A stretch of 64,000 nucleotides of DNA, taken from assembly GCA_903904885.1 (NCBI GenBank), contig CAIVED010000037.1:2032-66031 (forward strand). The letters are read 5' to 3'. Positions 45,337-53,219 of this stretch are shown one piece after another (within the stretch, counting starts at the first letter, position 1; each line of letters begins with the position of its first letter). Made by a program: the position numbers and the translations under genes. Below the pieces are notes generated by a model. The model saw only the letters and a program-made list of their open reading frames with translations, had not been told where the DNA came from and ran no database searches. The stretch comes from an uncultured archaeon (GTDB lineage Archaea; Nanobdellota; Nanobdellia; Woesearchaeales; CAIVOO01).

Positions 45337-47037
45337 CTACTCTTTGACGCTAATAACATCATATATCCTAATCGGCTTCACCTTGCCCTTGACAGTTATT
45401 TCTCCCAGGCTTCTGGCCTTTATTTTATCGCTGATTCGTTGGTATGTTTCTTCGGAAATGATAACCTGCCCTGCCTCTGCCTTGCTGCAGAGCCTTGACG
45501 CTGTGTTGACAGTATCTCCTATGGCAGTGTAGCTTGCCATTTGAACTGAGCCCATGCTGCCGATGACAGCCACTCCAGAATTTATGCCTATGCCCATTCC
45601 CACTTTTTTCTTCTTGCCTTTCTGCATATCAACTATTTTGTCCCGCATTTTTACCGCAGCCTTTACCGCATTAAGGCAGTGGTTTTTGTCAGCCAGGGGA
45701 GCTCCGAATATGGCCATGATGCAGTCCCCTATGTACTTGTCAAGGGTCCCTTTGTTTTCAAAAATAGGCTCGGTCATTCCCCCAAGATATTTGTTCAGCA
45801 TGGCAACAACTTCATGGGGCTTCATGTTTTCAGACATTGAAGTAAACCCTCTTATGTCCGCAAAAATCACTGTTACGTCCTTTTCCTCCCCATTCAGGTC
45901 AATCCTGTCGCTTTTTGTTTTTGAAAGAATCTCATTGACAACATCCTTTGATACATATTTGCTGAAAATCGACTTTATTCTCCTTCTCTCTTTTCCCTCG
46001 GAGAAATAAAAAAGGATTGTTATCCCGACATAGGTTATCGCTATTGCAAGGAATGGGTAAACAATGTTCATTATTATGCCTTTGTCAAATGAATAGACTG
46101 CTAAAAATAAATAGCCGACAAACAATGCTGCGGAAAGCACAGTGGCTGTTAAAAATCTCAGGCAGCAAAGGAGAAGTGCAGTTATGGCCGCAAGCGCGAG
46201 GATTACAGCCAACGCGCTGAGATTTCCCTGCCGGTTTAGAAATCTCTTTGTCAGAAGAGTCTGTATGGCCGAAGCGTGAACCTCAACCCCTACCATGGGC
46301 CTGTCCTGGGAAGTTGGAACGAAAAAATCATCATGCAAATCAGGGGCAGTTGCGCCTATCAGCACAATCTTGTTTTTGAAATCAATATCGCTCCTGCCGT
46401 AATAAACATCCGCAAATGAAACTGTCCTGAAGGTCTTTGGCGGCCCTATGAAATTTATTATGAACCTGTCAAAACCATAGGTTATGTTTTTGTCAAGGTA
46501 TTTCTGCACTATTTTGAGCGCAAAGCTTTGGCTGCTTCCGACAGTAAGCGGGGCTATTCTTGCTATCCCGTCGCTGTCAGCAAAAATATTGATGAAGCCT
46601 GTATCGCTCCTGTTTTCCAGCTCTGCTATGGGCTTCAGAATTTTCCCCGAGACCGATGTCCCGTTTTTTTTATCGAAATCTGCAAATTCTATCGGTATGA
46701 CTGCGTTCAGCCTTGAAAGCGCATTCCCAAGCTCGGCATCAGCTTTTTTATCGTATGGCTCGAAGAATGCAACATCCACACCTATAACCTTGCTTTCGTT
46801 CAGCAGTGGAAGGGCTTTGGCAAAAACCTCCCTGGGCCAGGGCCACCGGCCTATCTCCTGCAAACTATTGTCATCAATTGCTATTATGATTATATTGCTG
46901 AGGGGAGCCTTGGCAGTGTAAAGCGAGTCAGAAAGCTTGTACTCCCAGCCCAGGAAAACCCCTGCGGAGAACAGGGATGCAAGAATGATGAATGCGGCCA
47001 GCGCAACTGCCAGGGAATAAAGTAATTTGCTTCTCAT
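45337..47037 (-). CDS. CHASE2-domain class III adenylate cyclase
   Basis: IAIDDNSLQEIGRWPWPR and GVEVHA (CHASE2), three TM helices, IFADIRGFT, KYIGDCIM, YTAIGDTVNTASRL. Confidence 0.92.
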   Translation of the reverse strand: MRSKLLYSLAVALAAFIILASLFSAGVFLGWEYKLSDSLYTAKAPLSNIIIIAIDDNSLQEIGRWPWPREVFAKALPLLNESKVIGVDVAFFEPYDKKADAELGNALSRLNAVIPIEFADFDKKNGTSVSGKILKPIAELENRSDTGFINIFADSDGIARIAPLTVGSSQSFALKIVQKYLDKNITYGFDRFIINFIGPPKTFRTVSFADVYYGRSDIDFKNKIVLIGATAPDLHDDFFVPTSQDRPMVGVEVHASAIQTLLTKRFLNRQGNLSALAVILALAAITALLLCCLRFLTATVLSAALFVGYLFLAVYSFDKGIIMNIVYPFLAIAITYVGITILFYFSEGKERRRIKSIFSKYVSKDVVNEILSKTKSDRIDLNGEEKDVTVIFADIRGFTSMSENMKPHEVVAMLNKYLGGMTEPIFENKGTLDKYIGDCIMAIFGAPLADKNHCLNAVKAAVKMRDKIVDMQKGKKKKVGMGIGINSGVAVIGSMGSVQMASYTAIGDTVNTASRLCSKAEAGQVIISEETYQRISDKIKARSLGEITVKGKVKPIRIYDVISVKE

Positions 47038-47912
47038 TTCATCTGGGCAAGCCTGGCGTCAATAATCTCAAGCTTTTTGTTAAGCTCTACTATTTTCTCA
47101 GTTATTTTCCTTATCTTTGCGAGCCACATTGTTTTCACAGGGATTTTCCGCTCAACCTCATTAAGGTCCACCTTGCCGGTGTTCACATCATCTATGAACT
47201 GGCTTATGTTTTCATCGGTAAGATTGTTCCGCTTCTTTATTATCCCAATCAGGAATTTTTTCTTTGCCAACTCCCTCATCTGGAGCTGCTCAAGAATTGA
47301 TATTGCCTTTTCTATCCTTCCCCTTGCAAACATCAGCATTCCCCTTGAGATGTTTCCCTCTGAAACCGCACCATTTTTCACAAAGCATGAACGGAATTCT
47401 GTGATGCTCCTGAAATCGGTTTTTCCGATTGCACCGCACTGCACTGTGCCGTCGTCAACATCAATCTGGTCGCCACCCTGGGAAACATTCACCCCGAAGC
47501 CGGTTCCTCTCACGGTTGCAACGCTGTTCGGCGTTTCAACAGTGTACTCCCTTGTGCCGGTCAGCTTGTTAACCCTGTTCCATGTCTCGCCTGATTTCTG
47601 GTTAACTTTTACCTGGCTGGCAACAAGCTGAGCGAGCTCAACCTCTGTATTTGGAGAAAGCTCCATGACATCGCTTTCATAGAAAACAATCGATGCCTGG
47701 CTGTCACTAAGAGTTTTGATGCCGTAATTCTTCCCCAGCTCCATCTGGTCGGTTGCAGCCTGCCATCCGCTTCCTGCATTTACCTGGACATTCCCGGATT
47801 CAATGTTTAGGTATGCAACTGTTTCCGGGCTGCCTGTGAAATAGAAATATGCGCCGATGCCTGCTGCAGCAAGAACAGCTACTATGATTAAAGATATGTA
47901 GACCCCCTTCAT
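47034..47912 (-). CDS. FecR-domain membrane-anchored protein
   Basis: N-terminal TM, SQASIVF..MELSPNT, VETPNSVATVRGTGF, and ATGA overlap with the cyclase. Confidence 0.85.
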   Translation of the reverse strand: MKGVYISLIIVAVLAAAGIGAYFYFTGSPETVAYLNIESGNVQVNAGSGWQAATDQMELGKNYGIKTLSDSQASIVFYESDVMELSPNTEVELAQLVASQVKVNQKSGETWNRVNKLTGTREYTVETPNSVATVRGTGFGVNVSQGGDQIDVDDGTVQCGAIGKTDFRSITEFRSCFVKNGAVSEGNISRGMLMFARGRIEKAISILEQLQMRELAKKKFLIGIIKKRNNLTDENISQFIDDVNTGKVDLNEVERKIPVKTMWLAKIRKITEKIVELNKKLEIIDARLAQMK

Positions 47913-47961
47913 GATAGTGGAAGGTATTGGTTTGTTTATAAAGTTTTTTATAGGAATATAA

Positions 47962-48085
47962 TGCGGGGGAGGAGATTCGAACTCCCGGACCCACTAAGGG
48001 ACAGGATGGCTTAAAGCCGCCAATTCAGTATTGGCTGCCCCATTTCTTAAGTCCTGCGCGTTTGACCAGACTTCGCTACCCCCGC
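47962..48085 (-). tRNA. tRNA-Leu(TAA) with 38-nt intron at 37/38
   Basis: GCGGGGG/CCCCCGC acceptor, long variable arm, intron at 48008-48045 with CTTA/TAAG BHB helix. Confidence 0.93.
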
Positions 48086-48177
48086 ATAAAGGGCATTCTT
48101 AATAGAATTTGGGAGTTTTAAAAAGGTTTTGATTATCTGTGTTATTTCTCCAATTCCTGCGAGCAAAAACCCATTTT

Positions 48178-48247
48178 CTGGTTCTTGCATTACAACTAAT
48201 GTTGGTTCGGCTTCTTCTGCTCAATTGCCATGCAAGAAATAAATATT
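48178..48247 (+). repeat. dispersed structured intergenic element, copy 4 (5' half)
   Basis: CTGGTTCTTGCATTA-N21-CTTCTGCTCAATTGCCATGCAAGAAATAAATATT. Confidence 0.8.
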
Positions 48248-49586
48248 ATTTCTTTTTAGCGAACTGGCTCTTCTTCCACACAGGAGCGTACAATTTATGC
48301 ACTTCTTTTGAATACTTGTCAATCGCTTTCCTTACCTTCTGGTCTCTGATTGGGTCGTCCGCCCCGGGATGGGTCGGATACAGATTGAATTTCTTCTCCA
48401 TTTCCCGGCTGACTTCAGGATGGTCTATCCACTGGCAGGGCAAAAATAAATTTTCATGGTAGGGCTGCCTCGCCCTCAGCGCCTTGAAGTAATCGGAATT
48501 CAAAACGTCTTTCAATGATTTGTTTTTGATGTTGTCAACCGCCATGTGGGTGAATATGCAGGGCTCCACGTCCCCTTTTGATGTGATGTGAACATACTCT
48601 TTTCCTGCGATGCAGCCGCCGACCCAGGGCGCATCGTTCCAGAAATCCACTATGAATATCGGCTTTGTTTCCCTGAGTTTCAAATCCCGGTTGTACAAAT
48701 GCAGCCTCTGCTTCGGCGTCGGCATTAGTTTCGGGTCCGGCTTTGCGCCCACAGGCATGTAAAGGAAAAACCATCCGAGATAGGCCCCTTTTTCAATCAG
48801 GAAATTGACAAACCTGTCGCTGCTGATTTCCTCTGCATTTTTGCTTGTGACCGCCGATGAAAACCCGAATGGAATTTTGTTTCTCTTCAAAATAGCCATG
48901 GCATTCATTATTTTTTTGTAAACTCCCCTGCCTCTCCTTTCATCTGTCCTTTTTTCAAATCCCTCTATGCTGAGAATCGGCAGGGCATTTCCTGTCTTCA
49001 GCAGTTTTTTTGCAACATCCTCGGTAATGAGGGTGCTGTTGGTGTAAACCTGGAAAAAAACATCTTTGTGCTTCTCAAGAATCCTGAACAGATGCGGCCA
49101 GACAAATGGTTCCCCGCCGAGAAATGTGAAAAACGCAACCCCCATTTTTTTGCCTTCTCTTACTATCCTGTCAACAACCTCAAAAGGCAAATCATCTTCT
49201 CTTGCGTATTTCATTGCATAGCAGCCGACGCATTTCAGGTTGCATCTCATGGTCGGGCTTATCAAAACAGTTGTTGGAACAGTGCCGCCTTTTTTGAACT
49301 CCCTGTTCCTTTTTTTGTAATTCATCACCAGGCCCTGGACAATGAGGTTTTCTATCAGCTTTTCCTTGTAAATCGGAGCAACATTGTCAAGTATTCTTCT
49401 TATCAGCTTGTAGCCGACAGTATTCTTTTCAATCATCTCCCTTACGCTGATTATCGCATCCTTGCTTGCCGCAGTGCTGAACTTTTCGAGAAACCGTGTT
49501 ATATTTATCAGGGTTTTATCAGAAACATTTGTTGCCTTTTTCAGAACAGCAGTTATTGCCTTCTTTTTTATGTAGTTTATTACCAT
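48246..49586 (-). CDS. radical SAM protein (SPASM/twitch-type C-terminus)
   Basis: CNLKCVGC, LGGEP, YTNSTL, GCIAG..GDVEPCIF. Confidence 0.9.
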   Translation of the reverse strand: MVINYIKKKAITAVLKKATNVSDKTLINITRFLEKFSTAASKDAIISVREMIEKNTVGYKLIRRILDNVAPIYKEKLIENLIVQGLVMNYKKRNREFKKGGTVPTTVLISPTMRCNLKCVGCYAMKYAREDDLPFEVVDRIVREGKKMGVAFFTFLGGEPFVWPHLFRILEKHKDVFFQVYTNSTLITEDVAKKLLKTGNALPILSIEGFEKRTDERRGRGVYKKIMNAMAILKRNKIPFGFSSAVTSKNAEEISSDRFVNFLIEKGAYLGWFFLYMPVGAKPDPKLMPTPKQRLHLYNRDLKLRETKPIFIVDFWNDAPWVGGCIAGKEYVHITSKGDVEPCIFTHMAVDNIKNKSLKDVLNSDYFKALRARQPYHENLFLPCQWIDHPEVSREMEKKFNLYPTHPGADDPIRDQKVRKAIDKYSKEVHKLYAPVWKKSQFAKKK

Positions 49587-49653
49587 TTTTGGGGTTGATT
49601 TATTTATTATTTATAAATATTATTGCCTGACCAGCTTATACTATTTATATTTT

Positions 49654-50154
49654 TCAGTACTTGTAAAGGTTTAGGAACGACTTTATCTGGGTTGAAAGCT
49701 CGCTTACCTCCCCTCTAAGGGTTGACAAAAACTTGTCTGTGTAGATTTTATAGAAATACTTGTCAACAATCAGCCTCAGGAAATAAATTCCGGCCTTGGT
49801 GTGCCATGCCTCCTCGTAGTCTGTCAACAGCCAGGCGTCGAAGGTTACTGTTACCCTGCCCTCATGCATTTTTTTCTTCTCGCCGTCAATCTCCACAACG
49901 GTTTCCTTCAGGCCCTCCATCTGTATGTGTATTGATATTACAAACTTGACATAGTCACTTTCCTTCCTTGCAGGCTCCAGCTTCAGCTCTATGTATTTGC
50001 CTTCGGGCTTTACGTACTCTATGCTCTCCTTCTCGGTCTTGTCATAGTTGTGCTTCTTCTGCCAGTCGTCAAGAATCTTGTAGAGCTCAAATACATTGAA
50101 AAGCCCTTCATAGCTTACAACCATCCCGCTTACTGCAATGTTTCTCTCTGCCAT
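49654..50154 (-). CDS. hypothetical protein, paralog of 50159-50683
   Basis: Full-length similarity to the upstream neighbour (YEGLFN..LYK..DW, RKESDY, EGR..TF..L.TDY, TQIK..LNL). Confidence 0.75.
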   Translation of the reverse strand: MAERNIAVSGMVVSYEGLFNVFELYKILDDWQKKHNYDKTEKESIEYVKPEGKYIELKLEPARKESDYVKFVISIHIQMEGLKETVVEIDGEKKKMHEGRVTVTFDAWLLTDYEEAWHTKAGIYFLRLIVDKYFYKIYTDKFLSTLRGEVSELSTQIKSFLNLYKY

Positions 50155-50158
50155 TTTG

Positions 50159-50683
50159 TTACCAGGCCGAATAGGCCGTTTCCATGTTCAGCGCCTTTTT
50201 GATTTGCGTATGCAGGCCATAGGCCTCTGCAACAAGATTCCCAGTCCAGAGGATTATTATTTTCTTTCTCCAGAGGGTGAACCTTATCAGGTTAAAAAGG
50301 CGCCTGTTCCACTCCGACTTGTCGAACTTTGAGCTGTAGTCAAGCACCACGTTGAATGATATGGTTATCAGCAATCTCCCTTTATTTATCTTTTGCTTTT
50401 TTCCCCCAATGACCGCCTCAACTTCAACAAGATTCCATGTTTTCAGCTCGACCTCAAGGTCGTATCTCATGAACTCGCTGGTTTTCCTGTTGGCCTTTAT
50501 GCCAAGCTCAACCTCAGTGCCTGTGCCCGTCATCTTGTGCTTGTATGTTTCAACAACCTCATACTGCATCTTCTTGAACCAGTTATGGATGATCAGGTAA
50601 ACCTTTTCATAGTCAAATTCGCCAGAATACCTTATCTCGCCAAGGACATCGCCTACCTTATCGCCCCTTTTTGAAACAACCAT
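50159..50683 (-). CDS. hypothetical protein, paralog of 49654-50154
   Basis: YSGEFD..VY..HNW, RKTSEF, KGR..TISF..LDY, TQIK..LNM. Confidence 0.75.
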   Translation of the reverse strand: MVVSKRGDKVGDVLGEIRYSGEFDYEKVYLIIHNWFKKMQYEVVETYKHKMTGTGTEVELGIKANRKTSEFMRYDLEVELKTWNLVEVEAVIGGKKQKINKGRLLITISFNVVLDYSSKFDKSEWNRRLFNLIRFTLWRKKIIILWTGNLVAEAYGLHTQIKKALNMETAYSAW

Positions 50684-50705
50684 GGGCTTTTTAATGGTAT
50701 TTCGT

Positions 50706-51191
50706 TTATAAACGTTTCTGAGAATTAAATAATGCCTGCTCCTCCTTGAGGAGATTAATCTTTCTTTCCCATTCCCTCAGCTCTATCTTGTCTGCAAGGA
50801 ATTCAAACAGCTGCGGCTGGAGCTTGAGGATGTCTTTTCCTGTCAGGAAACCGACCAGCGCCTTCTTGCTCATCACAGGAAGGTGCCTTATGTTCTTGTC
50901 CCTCATTAGGATTATTGCGTCATAAATGTCCTTCTCAGGCGCGATTGTCGGGAAATCCGTCTCAGCAATTTCGCTCGCCAGAATCCTGGAAGGGTCCTTC
51001 TCCTCTGCGACAACCTTTCTTACAATGTCTTTTTCTGTCAAAAGCCCCACGAACTGGTTTGACTTCTTGACAATCAGGGTGCTGACGTGGCTCTCTGCCA
51101 TTATCTCGGCGCATTTTGCTATTGTAATGTTGTATTCCACCGAAATCGGCCTCTGGGTCATGGCATCGCAGACGAGAAATCCGGTTTTCAT
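50706..51191 (-). CDS. CBS-pair domain protein
   Basis: VCDAMT..PISV, VGLLTEKDIVRKVV, IRHLPV..VGFLTGKDIL. ATG 51191 chosen. Confidence 0.9.
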   Translation of the reverse strand: MKTGFLVCDAMTQRPISVEYNITIAKCAEIMAESHVSTLIVKKSNQFVGLLTEKDIVRKVVAEEKDPSRILASEIAETDFPTIAPEKDIYDAIILMRDKNIRHLPVMSKKALVGFLTGKDILKLQPQLFEFLADKIELREWERKINLLKEEQALFNSQKRL

Positions 51192-51249
51192 GGAGGGGTT
51201 AATGAAATAAATTTTAAATAGGTTTGGTATATATAGTATAGAGAGAAAA

Positions 51250-53172
51250 TCAGTAGTTAACCAGAATCTCAACATTAGAGCCGAAGATTTTCTTCAGGTC
51301 CTCAAACAGCTGCTCTTTTATGAAAACCCTGAGCGGAAGCTTCATGTCAGCAATTGCCTTTTCGTATTCCTCATAGGATGATTTTCTTATTCCTGAGATT
51401 CCGCCTTCTTTTGTAACAACCGCTTTTTGAACGGTTTTTTCAGAGGAATCAACATCATCAATTATGAACGCTTCCTTGTCAAGCAGAATCACTTCGCCGT
51501 ATTTGTCTCCGTACTTAACTCTTATCCTTGCCCTTTCCAGCTCCCTTCCCCGTTTTCTCTGCACATATTCAATCATTGCTTTTATGAATACGCCGGCAGT
51601 CTTGCTTATGTTCTGGATTTCTGTTTTTGTGAGCTTCTTTGAATCGTAATCTTTCTTGGCCTTGGCAATATCATCGAATGAGCGCAGAAGCTTCTCCGGC
51701 ATTTTTCCCGTCAGTACCAGCGCATTCTTGAACATTTTTGCCAGCTCTGCATTTTCAATTTTTTCAATGCCCTCAAGCTTTAGCACATCCCTGACAAGGG
51801 AAACTGCAGTATCGTAAATATTAACCACGTTGTCCTCTTCCTTTTTCTTTTCTATGGCAGAGAACAGTTTTTTCAGCCTTGCAAGGTACTTCTCGGCATT
51901 GTCAAGCAGCTCGTCAATTTCCTTGCCGGAAACATTTTTCTTTGTGCCGTGCTCAACATCCTTCCTTATTTTGATTACCTGCTCAAGGGTTTTCATGAAA
52001 TTCTCCTCAAACAATTTCTCCTTCTCTACAAAAATCTCCCTCATAAGTTCGGGAGTTTCTTTCGGTGTTGGCGGGGGAATCCCGTACATCATCAAAGCTG
52101 CCTGGGAAGGCGTCAGCAATGCGTAGAACAAATCCTCTATGCCTATGTCATTCAATTTGAACTGGATTCTTTTTATCAGCTGCTCCCCTGAGCTGAGGTA
52201 CATTTCAATTGCCTCTGCAGAGGGCTTTATCCTGCCCATCTTAAGCAGTTGCTTCCAGGGCATGAAAATTCCCCGGTCATAGAGCGGAACCCCGTCTCTT
52301 AGGAATGTGAATATTACCGGATGCGCCTCCTTGATGGATTCCCAGAAATCAGTAAGGATGTAAACCTGGATGTTGATTTTATTCCTTATGCCGGTCATCT
52401 CGCCTGCCTGGACTCCCATCCCGATTATTATTGCGCGCAGCTTGTCCTTCAGCTCGGCACGTGTCATTCTCTTTACATCTGTATCGTCAATTACTATGAA
52501 AACATCAATGTCAGATTCAGGCGTTGCCTTGCCCTGTACAAGCGAACCCGCAAGAACATAGGCAACTATGTATTTCTCAAATTTCTCAAGCACCATCTTC
52601 TTGTGGACTTCAGCAATTTTGATTGCAGAAAGCATTCCAAGGTCAAAAACCGGGGCGGACATTGCGATTGTCCTAAGCAAATCGTATTTTGCGTCATAGC
52701 ATGACTGCCAGACCTCTGAAAGAAGCAATGGCTGGGGAGCGAATTTTTCATCAATCTCCTTAGCGTTCTTTTCCATGATTGATGTCAATTTTTGTATCAG
52801 CTCTGCCTTGGTCATCTTTTGCGAATCAGAATCATCAATAAGCACAAGGATGTTAATCTTGTCCTTTGCCGAATTCGCCGCTTCTTCTCCCTCGAATTTC
52901 TTTATGTCATCAAGCTCTTTTTGAGTCAATGGAGGCAGAAGAGAAACGCCCATGATGTACTTGCCGAATTTTTTTACTGTTTCATTTGAGAACTTGTCAA
53001 GCTTTTCCTTTACCTGCTTGAGCTTTTCCTGAACCTCTTTCGGGATTCCTGCCTTTTCCAGCATATCTGCAGGAAGCTCCTTGCTGATTGTTTCCCTCAG
53101 CTCAGAATCAGGGGATTTGTCCTTTTCCTTGGATTTTCCCTTGTCCTTTTCATACTTAGAATACTCTGCCAT
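51250..53172 (-). CDS. nucleotidyltransferase (MNT)-HEPN fusion protein with internal duplication
   Basis: AGSLVQG..SDIDVFIVIDD (intact MNT), a preceding degenerate copy KINILVLIDD, and a HEPN-like region with RKDVEH (RX4H). Confidence 0.75.
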   Translation of the reverse strand: MAEYSKYEKDKGKSKEKDKSPDSELRETISKELPADMLEKAGIPKEVQEKLKQVKEKLDKFSNETVKKFGKYIMGVSLLPPLTQKELDDIKKFEGEEAANSAKDKINILVLIDDSDSQKMTKAELIQKLTSIMEKNAKEIDEKFAPQPLLLSEVWQSCYDAKYDLLRTIAMSAPVFDLGMLSAIKIAEVHKKMVLEKFEKYIVAYVLAGSLVQGKATPESDIDVFIVIDDTDVKRMTRAELKDKLRAIIIGMGVQAGEMTGIRNKINIQVYILTDFWESIKEAHPVIFTFLRDGVPLYDRGIFMPWKQLLKMGRIKPSAEAIEMYLSSGEQLIKRIQFKLNDIGIEDLFYALLTPSQAALMMYGIPPPTPKETPELMREIFVEKEKLFEENFMKTLEQVIKIRKDVEHGTKKNVSGKEIDELLDNAEKYLARLKKLFSAIEKKKEEDNVVNIYDTAVSLVRDVLKLEGIEKIENAELAKMFKNALVLTGKMPEKLLRSFDDIAKAKKDYDSKKLTKTEIQNISKTAGVFIKAMIEYVQRKRGRELERARIRVKYGDKYGEVILLDKEAFIIDDVDSSEKTVQKAVVTKEGGISGIRKSSYEEYEKAIADMKLPLRVFIKEQLFEDLKKIFGSNVEILVNY

Positions 53173-53219
53173 GATTTTTTAAATGATTATACAGAGTTTA
53201 TAAAGGTTTTGCTGGCAAA

